In this document: positions 24,535 to 38,399 of the stretch, piece by piece
Position numbering within the stretch: position 1 is the first letter of the stretch
Layout of the letters: every line of letters begins with the position of its first letter
From: Takakia lepidozioides
Taxonomy: Eukaryota > Plantae > Bryophyta
Assembly (NCBI GenBank): GCA_030704615.1
Contig: CM060731.1
Coordinates: forward strand, 11,656,001-11,720,000
DNA: 64,000 nt
Reading direction: 5' to 3'
The notes under the pieces: generated by a model
The model's input: the letters and a program-made list of their open reading frames with translations, nothing else
Database searches by the model: none
Told to the model about the DNA's origin: nothing
Position numbers and translations under genes: made by a program

Positions 24535-26246
24535 ATTTGTCTTAGAGACAAATTATTGTTCAACATATTACAATATACTCCTTTGATTGGAGTTTGTTTA
24601 TTTGTCATTTTTATTAAAAATTTCAGTGACATCCCGTGTACTTAGTTTGTTGTATGCTATATTGACAAAGCATCATCCAAAAAACACAAATTTATGTAGT
24701 TTTTTTTCTTTTGTGCTTTTGCTGCACCATAAAAGGTAACCATAGAATTACACATGTTTAATTTGTTTTGTATTTTGAATTAAGATCCTTATGTAGTTAG
24801 TTAGTTTTAGTTGTTCTTTGCTACACCGTATGAAAACTTATAAAATCTCTGGTTTTTTGTTTTTAATGGAGACCATGCGTATTTAACTAGTTATATATAC
24901 CATAAAAGACAATCACAAAAAACATAAAATATTAATGACTCCACCCTTCCGGAAGCCCAACCGCAAAAATGTTTAGTCACCTAGGGTAGTGATGATTGTG
25001 TATTTGACTTTTAATAATTGGGTGTTGTTATAATGACATTGCTTGGAATAGGGTAATATGTGTACACCACCCCCATAGTGCAGCACCCGTAACCCCATTG
25101 CAAGTAAATATACCACACCACGAGAAATCTCTAATTCAGGGCAAACCACAAAGAAACATCCGTCATTTCCATTTGGAATTGAAACAACAAACTCGGAGGC
25201 AAAATAATATATTGGGTTGCATTCACCGAGAGCAACAAAACTTGCAATTGGGGCAGATGGATATTACTACAACAATGATGGGTACCATTATCGATGTATT
25301 GAAGGCCCAACAAGTGGAAATTTTGTAATTCCGGCCGATCAACCATCAATTGGTGTGGATGAATGGTGTTACGCATCAGTAACAACGTCAGAATATGTTA
25401 TGGAGATGCAAGCACAAACATAAGAAGACGATAATGTTGTTCCAATTGGTGAAAGTGAGACTCAAAACGATAGTATTGCGAATATCGTAATACACTGATA
25501 GAGTCGGATCGAGACTACATTCCAGTTGGCGTTGAAGGGACCAATCCATTGGTGAAAGAACAGAGATGAACCCTGTGGATGGATTTCATTATACCATGGA
25601 TGAACGACGGTTTTGATAAGACCTAAATCTTTCAGTTACTAAATCGGAGGTGGATCGTTATGGCACACAAGCAGGGATGCGATGGATACAAACTTCAGAT
25701 GAGGATTATATGAATTGAATGAAGGAATTACCAAATATTGTTCCACAGTGGGGTTGGAAGCCAGGAATGCCTAAGGATTACTTGAGTTTACTAGGAAATT
25801 ACACAAGCCATATGTACATAGCGCTTGTATATATGCCCATGTTTGTTGCAATTGGAAATTCAATAAAACATGGATGATTTGATGGATAACTTGATGGATG
25901 ATTGTATTTCATGGATGCTAATCCTAATTAATGAACGATGAATAATCATAAACAAAATCAACTTTTCAATTATTGAATATATATATTATCTATTAAATAA
26001 TCAATATATTTAATCCAACACTAAAAGTGCATATCCTCTCACAAATGGTTGTGGGTTCAAAGCATATATTGGAATCATAAAGATATTAGGTTTCCATTAG
26101 AAGACATTAAATTTTGGGGATCATATATTATCATAAGCTATATTTGCTTCATCAAAATAAACTGATTTTTGTAATATCTATGATTGTATGAAAGTTATAT
26201 GTACATGTACAGAAAGTGGTGTACAATTTCACCAATGTTAATTATA

Positions 26247-26609
26247 CATTAAAGTTATCCGTTAAGTGAAAGGCGAGTGTGGCCAGTTTGGCCAAAAGAT
26301 GCGATGAATGTCAAAAGGCGGGGTGGGCAAAATACAAGCAAATAAAACACAGGGCAAAACTCAAAATCGCGTGAAAAAGCACGTAGAACGCGTTTGATCC
26401 CATGTCTTTGGCTTGTGCATCCGCAGGCCCCACACCATGTGAAAGAAGTGCATGGGTCTTACGTTGCTGAGTCGCTCACCCGTCCCCACTTTTTGCCGCT
26501 CGTGCCCATTTCTCTTGACTTCACGAACTGACGCTTACTGCCTATCATCATGATATGTGGGGATGGATCACAGGGGCAAACAGGGCCCACTTAACGGATA
26601 ATTTTATTG
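26247..26609. mobile_element. Tc1/mariner-superfamily MITE (363 bp)
   Basis: 22-bp TIRs CATTAAAGTTATCCGTTAAGTG / CACTTAACGGATAATTTTATTG (20/22 match) flanked by TA on both sides. Confidence 0.88.
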
Positions 26610-27734
26610 TAGTTGATGAAAACCTCTAGGGGAATTGGGAAAAAAAGTGACCTTTTCAAAATACACTTTTAGCGATACGGTGCATTGACAACTTGTTGGG
26701 AAGATCTATGTCACAGCAGGTTAGCAGCTGGAGGAAAGTTCAAGATGAAGGAACTTGGCATAGGTCCAATCAAGACCATTCATGATGTGACACCTTGTCA
26801 AGGCAAAGTGATCTTAATGAGTGGTCTTCCATAAAGCCTATAAAATGGATGGTAAGTCAAGCCAAGGTCCACAAATAAAGAGTCTATTGCCTCAGCAATC
26901 TTGCCCTCATTACTCTTCCAAATCAGAGTAGCTAGTCATCATCCCATCAAATGCGTGGGATTGTTGGAGGCTGTTTCGAGCATGAAAACGAGCATTGTTA
27001 AGTTGTATTTTGTGGTGTTATTTGACAAGATTTCAAGGTTTAGTACACAGGAAATCACTTAGTAATTTGAAGAAGTATTGTAATTTAAAAAAAACAAATT
27101 ATGAACTTGGGACAGTGGCCTTGAGAATTTTATTAATGAGTTATTGAAAGGAGTAACATTTATATTGAATATGTGAAGAAACAAAAGAAAGAAAGAAAGT
27201 AACACAACAGATTCGACAAAAATGAATTTCATAAGCAGTTTTTTCTTTTTCCTTTTTTCCGGATAGCTTAAAAGATATGACGACGATGACGTAGTATGAT
27301 GATGAATGGCTGACCATGTATGACACCCTATTCTAGTCTCCGGCCTTCAATCGTCACTAGAACTAAGGCTGCGTATTACTCTGCATTATTAAAGTTCAAC
27401 GTTTATTTTATTCTGATTGGGAATATATTTTATGTAAATAACAATGGGAATAATGAAAAAATAATAATGTAAAAACTCAATGTAGGCGTACGATTTGCCG
27501 ATATTTTTGCGATATTTTTGCAGGATTTAGGCAGAGTCGGCTCCATGAGCTTTATTGAGAAAAAAAAAAGTACTGGATCAATCACTTACTTAACCCTCCC
27601 ATGTTGCCTCGGTTACGGCATTAGAAAGGCAAACGGAAGGCAGTAGCCCTTAAAGATGAAAGTAAGTGAGTAGTGAAGGCTTGCTGGTGGGATATCGCCC
27701 AAGGGAAAAGGGGAGAAGAATATACCGCACCCCA

Positions 27735-27808
27735 CAATGTAGCAAGATTTGATCCTAGAATCATCTGGTGACACTATGTGCACTATCCAACTGAGCTACT
27801 GACTGGCA
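27735..27808 (-). mobile_element. Possible tRNA-derived SINE head (degenerate)
   Basis: Minus-strand A-box TAGCTCAGTTGG (27787-27798) and B-box-like GGATCAAATC (27746-27755), 31 nt apart; no full cloverleaf. Confidence 0.4.
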
Positions 27809-28105
27809 AGAGGGTTTTTTTCCTTTTTATACGTTTCAATACATCTTTATACTTTAATTTTAAAGTAATAATAAATACCAAAAAAATATAGATTTCATAT
27901 GAATTCCAGTTTCCTATGGACGGTGGCTTCAGGGCACCCACACCTATCCCCACAACCCATGGTAAAATCCACAGATCTCCAATTGATCACCATGAAAAAG
28001 CTTTTCGCAGTAGTGCCGGTTTTCAGCAGTTGTCGATCATGGTGCATGCTGGATAGTCCAGGAAGTGGAATCATCAGTGGATTTCTAGGGCATTCATCCC
28101 ATACA

Positions 28106-31100
28106 TCAGTGTTGACGAAGCTGGCCTAACCCAACAGACGATAAAATTACAAATACAGCCACATGGAGGCCCAACACATAGGCAACTGTCAGTATACGCA
28201 GCAGCATGCTCCGCCGAATCTGGCTCCCAGCATGTTGACTGAATGCATCCACCGTTCGTGCCACCCGAGCAACATTTTCTCTGACACCTTTAGTGGCCCT
28301 CTGTCGAACTGCAACTGACCGGAGCCTAGCATCCTCAAGGGCAAGTGCTGCTGTAGTAGAGGACAACCCTGATGATGACCGTCCAATTTTGTTCCTCTTG
28401 AAGAAGTCAAGGTCTCCATGTCCAGCTAGTAAGTTGCGGCGAGCCTCGCCGGCTTGGTCCAGCCGAAGTTCCAGTGCATTTCGCTCATTAGCAATTGATT
28501 CAGCCTGCGCCTGCAAATACGGTTGTAGTCGTGCCTGTTAGTTAACTCTTTTGATGAGACCTTTGTCAATGATTCCATGACTAAACAAACTTTCACAGCC
28601 CAGGAGTTTCCGCACCACAGATTCAGATGGACTGTTACTGCACATTGCTATCGTGGATGATGCATTACTGCAAGGCTGTATTGGGAGCACTCATGGCTTC
28701 TCTGCTTACCTGACCGACTATCAATTGAAATTGAGGGTCTATAGCCACAGGACTACGGCAAACAACGTCTTACGAGAACATTATCAATTGAAATTGAGCA
28801 AGATGCAATCTAGAACATGCAGGTCTGTGACTTGTACTGTGGACAGCACTTGCAGGCTCAGGCTGCAGAAATTCCTAAATACATATATTAATGTGAGAGC
28901 CTAGTAAACTCTGAACTCACATTGGAGAGGTTACCAACGATTAAGCCACATCCAATGTAACGAAGATCACAGGAGATGAAAAAAAATACATCAAGAAAAG
29001 TTACAAGGACAAGAAACAACAACAAAAACGCAGGAATCCACAAAGAATGCAATCTCATCACTTAGAGAGTCAATCCAAGAGAACAAGACCATCAACTCTG
29101 TCCACTATACCAGAATCCTAAATAAAGCCATGAGGGACAGGAAATTAATTTAAATCCTCCTTAAAAGAACAGGATGTGTGAATAAAGTTGTCTTCTCCAG
29201 CTTCCGCTAAGAGGTTCCATATAAGCCAATGCTACTAGAGAAAGCACATGACAACTGTTGCATTGGTTGCAGAAGGGAGTAGAAGCACCTGCTTGATCAC
29301 TAATTGCTCAGTCAAGCTTCTTAGTCTTCGTTCCAACTCCATCTCTCGCTGTGCTGCAATCAGTGAATTCCCGGTGTCTATTCATTGTCAACTACAATCC
29401 AACTACTCTTCAACAAGAAAAACAACTGACAATATAAATCTGTACTCAGAAAGCTGGTAAATCACTATTCTTATGAAGGGGACTAGGAAGATCTGGGATT
29501 AGGAAGTTGATTGCCACATTTTCTTGCTCTGTTATAATCATTTCAGAACCCTAGCTATTAAGACCCCAGCAAGGTGACTCTTTGGGTAGGTTGGTGGTCA
29601 ACTCTCCATAAGTGCACATGACATCAACAACTGCACAGTAGTAGTCAGACGAGTATGGTGGCTGCCAGCCTCAAACCTATCTCTATTCACGAACAGACCT
29701 ATGCACCATCATAAAGTTCCACCTGGATGACAATCTGACGCATGGGAAGCAATTGGGTTATTGGGATACCTGGGGAGGGCCATCTTGAAGAGCTATGCTG
29801 CAAAGACATCCATTCTTTTTCCAGACTGGCCACTTTGCATTCCCACTTTCCCTGCACCATTTTACCCTTTCATTCAGCAAGAAAGAAAACAGCACTTGTT
29901 TTGACTTTATTTAATAATCCACTGTGAGAGTCTCTCTGTGATGCCTTTCCCAGAAACCAAAGTTCAGAACCTACCACAGGATCTTCTGTGTCTAAAGGAG
30001 CCTCTGTCACTTTTTCCAAATGCTTGGTCTTCGCTCTGCCTAGAGCTGCAGAGCATACTACCACAATCAAGGTCCTCACCATGGTGATAACTAACATGAT
30101 TCACTCTGAGCAGCTCATTCGTGAACCTGCTTGAAAACTCCAGTTCCAAGCATACAAAACAAGGTGAAATCTTACCAGCTCAGTCCTCATTGCTTGTAAT
30201 TCTTGGCCATCACTGCTCGGTGCACCTGCTCTGGACGAAACACTACTCCCTTCTGCTTTCTCCTCCACTTGCGGTTGTTCAAGCGATCTTGCTAGTGAGG
30301 CAGTGCTCTCCCTGACAGCAAAAGCGGCTTGTAGCTGCTCAAGCTCATCCCTCAGTCTGTTTTCTCTATGCTCCATCTCCTGTTGATCAAGTCTCTGTCA
30401 GGAAGAGGGAAACAACAAGAGATACGGAAAGATACAAAGAAAGCAAGGGTCCATGCTCACCTCCAACTCGAGAGTGAGATAGACGACTGACCACAGCAGA
30501 AAAGAACAGAGAGGAAGCCACAAGAGGGTAATAAGACGACAGAGGCAGAGCAAGAGACCCAAAGTGATGCCCAAAAGACAATGCTTTGATTTATCTTTTG
30601 TTGGTTTTTAAAAGGGAGCCCTTATGGGGATAGCTCTGACTGATATTCCACGTATCATCCTAGGAATACATAAGGAACAAGAGGAACAGTTCCACCTGTA
30701 GGCTGGCTTCCAACTGATGAGCTTCCTGGGATTTTTCACGTATGTGTTGCTGCCTGGCCGCTAATGCCTTGGCATATGTCGCATTCTCTGCTTGCAAGGA
30801 TGCCTCCCTCATTTGCAACTGCAACATCCAACACAGTCATGGTTAGCCATTGGAAACAGAATACCTTAGGAGTATAAGCCTGAAACATCTCCTTCTTAAA
30901 CTGTGTGGACGGGTATGGTACAGTGTGCAGCATTTGAGAGAATACATCTACCTTGTATTGTTTCTTAGGTTTGTCAACACACCGTCAGCGTCCTGGTTCT
31001 AATCACCACTCAGCCAGAAAAGTAATAGATTGCTATTGAATTGGACCTACTACATTCATGTGCAGTTGTATAAAACTTGACAGAAAATTTAAAGGTTTCA

Positions 31101-31737
31101 GTAGGAACTTGATTCCCTCAATCCACCCTACATTGCCACTGTAACAAGAGAAAAACCTAATTATTCCAAATGTTTATAACTCAAATAAGATAGATGCGTT
31201 TCTCCTGCAGGCCTGTGGAAGAAGGTCTGCATGGTCAATACCTCTCATGTACTCTCTGATTGAGTTGGTCTTTTTTTCGTCTGGAGGGAACTTCAGTCGG
31301 CAGGGCACTAATTCCTTGTAAATCCTAGATCAACTTAACTGGTGATGATAGAAGAAACCTGGACAGTGCGTCGGGATGGAGGATTGATCGGCCAGGACGT
31401 CAGCACGCAAGCGAACAATACAAATATACCATCAGATAAGAAAGTAAACGGAACGGAAAAGGACCTGGTGGCGTGTCGCTGAGTGAGCATGAAGCTCCAG
31501 TGAAAGTGCGGATTGAGAGGCTACAGAATCTGCATGAAGATGGGGCAGACGCTGTGCAATGTGGGGGGGCGGCATTCGTTGCCGCAGCTGCTGAAGGCTG
31601 TGCTGCAGTGCAGCAGCGCGGGCATCCAAGGCACTCACAGCCTGCCATTGCTGGGGCGTGAGATGAAGAGCCTGTTCTTCAGATCCAGCCCCGCTCCCTC
31701 CTACCACGTCTGCCGCCCATGCCAGCAACCCCGCCAT
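28106..31737 (-). CDS. Tail-anchored coiled-coil protein with golgin-84 (Golgin A5)-like C-terminus, ~383 aa, 6 exons
   Basis: Predicted exons 31465-31737, 30696-30818, 30176-30379, 29770-29851, 29289-29353, 28106-28510; all GT-AG and in frame. N-terminus MAGLLAWAADVVGG; ELERRLRSLTEQLVIKQAQAE...LELRL; C-terminal TM (ILTVAYVLGLHVAVFVIL). Confidence 0.88.
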
Positions 31738-32423
31738 ACCTTCCCCTGTTGCCTGCCCCTGCTCCCCTAACAGTCTCTCTAAGATAGTGACAACTTACAT
31801 CGGCATTTCAGTTCCAGCACACGAACATGTTCCTGATCTTGTTGTTTCCAATCAAATTCGGCTGTTTAGTTGCTCACACTTTCTTCTCTCAACTGAAACC
31901 CTAACCTCCCAACTTCTCGGCAGAAAATTGCGAGTCCTTCCCCTCAATCTACTGTGCGTTTGAATCAGTAGCTTTCTCACTTTCTCTCCATACACACGAG
32001 GAAACTTGCACAACACTGCATCTTGGCGTATTTGTGTGCTCTTGAAAGCTTGGGAAAATTAGAGACCTCTTACTTCCCCGAGTCTCTCAATCTGTCACTA
32101 AAACATCATCGGCTCCTCTTACATGACGTTTCTCTGTCTCAATCCACATACTTAGACTAAAATCCTTAGAACTCGTGTCTGCAAACATCAAGTACTCCAA
32201 AAGCACTACACAGATACGCTGGCTTCCTCAATCCTGCCTTCAAACACAACACAAGGTCTGATTAGTGGAAACACACACGCATTGATCAATCCAGACCATC
32301 GAAAAATTCTTGACACTTTGAAAGAAAGATCCCTGTCCCTGAACATGACGAAGACGACGAGGAACTTTTCTTCGTCGCAGAAAACATAACAGAAGCGAAC
32401 AGTGACTTATATCGACGGAAACC
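31738..32423. promoter_or_regulatory. Short bidirectional promoter/5'UTR region between divergent genes, with telo-box
   Basis: 686 bp between opposed ATGs; AAACCCTAA at 31896-31904; CT-rich tracts. Confidence 0.65.
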
Positions 32424-35400
32424 ATGTTATCCGTCTCACGAAAACTGTCCTCGAAGCTCCTCCATCCCGGACAGATGCGCATGGTAGTAGATACGTTGGG
32501 GCTCGTGAGCAAAGCCCTCGAAGGAGATCCCCGACTCTCACATCTGACAGAGCACCCGCGAGGAAGAGATGGCCGTTGTAGCAGGACGTCGTGCATACTC
32601 CCTTCTCCGCTCGGTATGCTACACATCTAGTCCTGTATGTTTGCAGTTTGAGGTTCGTAGATTATTTTGGCAATTGTGACGCTAGCTAGATCTGCTGTGA
32701 GTTTGTACTACTCACAGAAGCTGATTCTTATCGTAGATATGGGGTACAACCTGTGCTTTGGAATACCTTTGAAGGATCGTGTTCAGCTGATTGCCGATTT
32801 AGGCTAGCTAGATTCCCTGGGAGTGTGGCGTTCGATCGTCATCGTCATCATCGGTTTCCCGATTTTTTCTTAGGAAGGCTGTAGGATACGGACCTTAGCA
32901 CTTAGCAAGGCGTTGGTTGTGCAGAGGCTACTTGCATTTGCTGGGACTTTGTTGCACTCGATTAGCACCATATGTTTCGATTCTAGTGTAGGTGAGGCGT
33001 GTGGGAGAGGCTTTTCATCTTAGACCGTGGCAGATTTGTTTGACAGCTAGTTTATATCTGCTAGGAGTTTGTGCTCAACAGCAGTATCTGTCCTGTAAGG
33101 GTGTACATATTAGATACTCCGAACTGCCAAGCAGTTTGCAGTGTGCTGGCTAGCTAATGACATACAAGTGTTGTTAATCTCGTTAATTTTGCTCCAAGTT
33201 GGTTCATTCTATCATCGGCGTAAGGCTTATTCTTCTTGTAGGTGAGGGGTGGACCGAGATCTGGTAGCCCTGAGGGCCCAGCATTGTGTTCAGCATTTCT
33301 TCGGTCGTTGAATGCTCCAGCACAGCCTGCCGAAGCAGGTTCGTCCTCTAGTTCTGCACTTCGTATTTAACGTGGGACCGCAATTTTTATCTTGATGAGT
33401 GAAATTTTCCACAGCCTCGTAGTATAGAATCTGCTCTTTCCTAAATTACATGTTCTTAAGGCAAATTCTTATAATGTTGATGAAGCCAAGTCTTAGGTTG
33501 AACCAATTAGAGATTCAGGCTGCAACAGTTAAACGGGAGGACCATTTTGACATTGGGAGAAAGCAGAGAACTACTTTAAGAGACAGAATGGATGGACGAA
33601 CATATACACAGGTAGATAGAATGTACTCATAAGACGTTATTTGCCGTACCATTGAAGACTTACCTTGGAATAAACAATTGATCCGGGTTTTCCAGATATC
33701 CTCTAGAAATCCCTTTACACAAGCATCAACCTGCACACAGGTAGATAGATTGTACTCATAAGACGGTGTTTGCCGTAGCCTTGTGGCACACAGGTAGATA
33801 GAGTCCGATGCCGAGAAGGCTGATGAAAGAGAAGAGTGGGGACCAGACAGGGAAGGCTGGGGTCACAGACATGATTGGGTACTGTATAAGTGTCTACTAC
33901 TTGCCTATTTGTGTGCACAGATGATATTGTGAAGTCAGTTTTTCTGAATCAACAACGGAAATTCAGAGGATTTCTGTATGAGCTTGCCAAGAGGGAGAAG
34001 ATCATCTTGGACCCTAACGATTCCAACGCTGTGAAGTTATATTTTGAGACCATGAATAAGATCCGAGCAAGGTAAGGATTCAGGCTGGGCATATATACTT
34101 CTCCACCAGTCTTGATTTGGTTGGTAGTACTATGTGTTCCTTCACAGTCTCAGTAGTATGCCTAGACCTGGTGTCCTTGCAGCCAAGGCTGACTCTGGTG
34201 GGGAGCTCTAGCCTATTAGTTGATTATGCCCGTGAATAGCATGTTGTTGCTGGTCACTGATCCATTGCTGGAGTAAGTTGGATCCTGAGTGTGATCTCAT
34301 TGAATATCCCTAACCACCATTCAGCATCCTCTGCTTCCTTGAGGGCATTTGTAGGCTGATAACCTCGATACTATGATGATGTCAGGTCTTAACTTATTTA
34401 GTTGCAGTCATAAAGCTCGCTTTCCAAGACAGCTATGGTTATGGCTCTTTGAAGCCATTCCCTATCCATCTCAGACCACTTGTCACTGCGTGGGATTTCA
34501 AGGCAAAATGACACGTGCATGGGGCTCTTACGTAGTCTTTTAACCTTCTCAATCGATTGTTGTGGCGGCATGACATACAGCATCCGGGTTCCGTCCTATA
34601 CAGAGAAGATTGCTGATTTATTGGAGTCAGCTGCGGAAGATGCCCCTGATGTTCGGACTTTTCTGCAGTATCACAGAAACCTTCGTCGTGAGTATGTACA
34701 ATTTCTTTCCACCAAGTACTTTGATTGCAGGTTGTAAGATGTGTTTGAGCCTTTCTCACCAACCCTCTTTTGTGCATCTTCTGTAGAAGCTGCAGTACAG
34801 TGTAACATTCAATTGTATTATGCAAATGTTCAATACATGCAGGTCTTGAACATGCTGCTAGATTCGTAAGTCCCAAGGTTGGATTCTGACCCATTACACT
34901 ATTTTTTTTGCACGTCTTGGAAAACCATGTAGATTGTAAGGGGCGTTTGGAACTTTCTGGATGAGGGATACTTTCAAGTCAGCAATATGATGCCTTGCTC
35001 TGCATGCTTTGTGCTAATCTCTGTTGTCTTTGCCTTTTCTGTCTCTTTGTGGCAGGGTTGGAATTGCAGACGATCTGGGGGCTGACAAGTTGATGTTTGA
35101 AGCACTGAATCGGGTGGAGAAGAAGATAGGGAAGTGGCTGATGAAAGATGATGCCAGCAGCATGTCGCTGTGGAAGAGAGAGCTTGATCAGATCAACCAG
35201 AAGTGAGCTCGTGTTTTGTATTATCTGTTGTCTCCCTTGAAGGTTTAGCTTGCTTTGTAGATTGAATACGAAAGACTTAAAGAGTGTTTGAGCTGCGAAG
35301 CATAGGTTCTGAAGCATAGGGGAGAGCTGGCGGGCAGGCTGGGGTTGAATGACGATGCACTGGAAAAATTGGAGGACGAGGCGGAATGGGCAGTGGCCAA

Positions 35401-36014
35401 GGGAGAGTTGCAAGAGTACTGGGACTATGCTTTGGACAAGATGAACACTTTCAAGCGCAGGTCTGCTCTTACTTGCAATTGTTCCTTTTAGTCACATGAA
35501 TGTTCTTGTTTCTCAAAGACACAGAATATTGATACCTTGCACTTGTCTGGGTAGTACCACTTCATGACTCCAATTTTTGAAGTCATTGTACCCTAAAAGG
35601 TTTAGTATGTTTGCATGATTAGTTCATAAGAGAGCATCCATCTGTATGGGTCACAGGACAACACTTGGATGCCTTCGAAGGAAACCCAATGATCTGTGGA
35701 TCTACCTTTGCTCTACAGAAGATCACTTCGGCAATGTTCATCTTTCAAGACAACTGGGGGACCCATATTGCTCCATTCTGGAAGTTATATTGTAGGACAC
35801 ATTAAACATAACATGGGTGTGTAACCATGGCTTGAGCTGTGGGCTTCACTACTCTGTAAGTCACAGAGCACCAAGAATATTGTGGGCTTTATGCCCGTGT
35901 GTCTTGCTATGTCACACGTCCACCTAGTGCTAAGGTTTCTTTCCTATGCTTTGCAGGGACGAATTGGACGTGGAAGTGGACCCAAAAGAGTTGGATTACC
36001 GTCCCTACCTTTGA
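32424..36014 (+). CDS. MGP1: Mitochondrial ATP synthase 24 kDa subunit (FAd), ~248 aa, 7 exons
   Basis: Predicted exons 32424-32483, 33242-33338, 33921-34071, 34581-34691, 35056-35202, 35338-35460, 35957-36014. Mitochondrial presequence; EKIILDPNDSNAVK, PDVRTFL, DDLGADKLMFEALNRVEKKI and VDPKELDYRPYL match the plant FAd pattern. Confidence 0.9.
33606..33802 (-). mobile_element. Two tiny 5'-truncated copies of the LINE family at 38400-40793, inserted in tandem in ATP-synthase intron 2
   Basis: 33621-33734 and 33750-33787 match the 3' end of the larger LINE (TGTACTCATAAGACG..., CCGGGTTTTCCAGATATCCTCTAGAAATCCCTT). They are separated and flanked by three copies of ACACAGGTAGATAGA. Confidence 0.9.
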
Positions 36015-38399
36015 AGGTCTGGTTGCTGCTCAACATATTCCATGTTCAGCTTGAGAGGGGCATCTTTGTCTTCCCTCTAAGCATTAGTCGTTGGAGTAGC
36101 TGAAGTACTTCATCTGAGCTCGGTCTCATCCGTAGCTTGCATCAGCTGCAGTAAATGGTCTGTCCATGGTTTCAGCAAGTCGCTTTACAACTCATTTTTC
36201 GTCATAAGTTGCCCAGAAGGCATGGCGTCAATCACAATCTCCTTGGAGGAGTTATGTCATTTGTGAATGGTTCATGCCTTGAATGTTGGCAGTAGCCATT
36301 CAGTTGATCAAAGCTTGCTAACCCAATTCTTCTCAGGGATAGTGGGGGCCAAGGTTATCATTGTCTGCTAAATACCAAGGAGATTCCGAGTCGATGGGGG
36401 AAGAGTTAGGCAACAAAGACTGCCCAGATAAAGCCTTTTTCCCGGGAGGGGCAAGCCTTAGTGGGCAGGGTCAGGAGGGCATGAAACTGGCTTTGGCCAG
36501 TGCCCTTTTTTTTTGTTTTTTTTTGTTTTTTTAAGGGAAATATCCAGTGCCATGTCTTCTTCAATGTCCGGAGAGTCAATCCTTGAAATGCACCTAGTCT
36601 TTCCACCAAAACCTGTTCCATAGATGTATGTGGAAAGCGAGATTTAAATTTAATTTTGGCAGCTCAAAGATGGATACATGCACGGGTGCACAGAGGGTTA
36701 ACTTTTGACTTGATCCTGGAGTCAAGAAAAACTGGCTCTCAGTTGTGTCACTCTGGAAATATTTCACATTGTTACAAAGGGAAACTTGTGGAGGGGAATA
36801 TTTAGGCGAAGTTGAGTAAAGAGTGTGGGATGATTCAGTGAATCACCATGCACTTGGTCCTAGTTGGAATGAAGATTGAAAAAGCCCGTTTTAATTGCAA
36901 CGATTCACCTCCATAGAAGAAATAGGTGGCAAGTTAATCAATAGTGTGGATCTGTTCTTTCTCTGAGGTGATATCCACTGAGGAGGTTCATTCTTCTATT
37001 GGCTACATATGGCTCTCTTTCACCATGGGCAGAAAGAGGTTATTCTTCCCTGTCCTCTTGCATTGAGAGGTGTGGTCGCCTCTCTAGATCGTGATCGGAA
37101 AGCCCCACTGGTCCAATACAAGGGTAGCCGCATTTACAAATATTCCAAAGAGTGGACTGCCCAATACGCAGAGTGTCAAGCAGCATTGTAAGTCCCAAGA
37201 ATCTTCATAATTTTAGAAAGGTCAGATGATGGCTGATGCATGCAACAATGCCATGAATCTGAATGTCGTAGACTGCTCTCTTGCGTACTTACCTGCTACC
37301 AAAGTTCTCACAATCATGTGCATTGAGGGCAAGGGAAGTTCTCCAGTCCAAATATGTGTTGACGAATGTTTGTTTTCAGAACACACCAGGGTTTGGGTGC
37401 ATTCAAGTATTTTAGACCTTACATTATTCACCCTTGTTGGAGTGGGACAGTGCAACACTGGTTACCTGGGCACTTATGAACTAACTTAGGTGCAATCTGG
37501 TTGGGGGCCATTGTGATTCCCCTTGAATAGCAGACTCTCAAGTTTGAATTAAATCCTCGTTAGTACACTTGTGGGACACAATCACATGGCCAGGTTCTTT
37601 CCAGAAATGGGGATGAAGTTGGCGTGACAAAACTGTTGGCATCCTAGCCAAATTCCACTATCACAGAAGAAAAACTTCCAGTTGCTGCGTGTGGAATCAG
37701 CCCTCAGACTATTTTGCAGAGTGCCTAACTGATGTAAAGAAAGAAAGCCACAAAACAGCTCATATTTGATCTGCTACACAAACAGAGAGAACCTGCCATC
37801 CCCCTTTCCACATCCTACCTCTTTGTTTGCTCTGTGTCATGTGCTATGCACCTCAGCTTGCACACCAAATGAGAAAGAGAGATAGAGAGAGGACGACTCC
37901 TGCAGAGGCTAGTGCGACTAAGATCCTCATCTCTTTGCTCTCTGCCTTCTCATTCAGGCGAGTGCTAGTCAATAATACAGTGACCATGCAAAAGACATTT
38001 ACAGTCCTGTGAAGAGATCTAAACTCTTGATGGGCTCTAGAAATATGCCACGAAGTCAGGTGTCTTGTTATGCAAAAGAATCAAACAATTGCTAGAACGA
38101 ATGACAAATCAACATGCTCTCAAAATATCCCACACTTGCATATGAACCCGGGGATCTTGACCACAGAAGATGATGCGAAGATGACGCATCGCGGCCCAAA
38201 TGCGGACGTGTGTCCCTTTACACTTCTCAAATGATGACCCTGCTAATAGGACTGCATTTAAGATATGATGGGGGTGCCAACCAGACACTCAGCACAACCC
38301 GCATGCACTGTAGCATAAATCCCTCCTAATGACCTGGGTTAGTCATCTCTACATTGACTCACCATGTATAGAACCTGCCATGTATCATGGAGGAACAGA

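Larger units (their letters stand above)
19643..24900 (+). mobile_element. hAT DNA transposon, defective (internal inversion, right TIR not found)
   Basis: Left end CAGTGTTGGGCGGTTACC with GGAACCGG/CCGGTTCC subterminal repeats. Transposase motifs: BED-like finger (CVLC...LRKHVDQEH), SFDLWMS, KDEGGNL, KTRFAS, LDPRYK, WWK and SQIEAERVFS dimerisation domain. Right boundary approximate. Confidence 0.92.

Noticed and set aside
24900-26240. Right TIR of the hAT element
   Set aside because: No AACCGCCCAACACTG, GGAACC subterminal repeats or GTACGCAC duplicate was found; the host repeat simply resumes.
29870-30097. Extra exon of the golgin-like gene
   Set aside because: Phase-0 acceptors lead to stops or unconvincing sequence; the gene model is complete and in frame without it.
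36505-37760. Old L1-like LINE relic on the minus strand with A-rich tail
   Set aside because: T-rich tract and vague Cys pattern only; no convincing RT or endonuclease motif or TSD.
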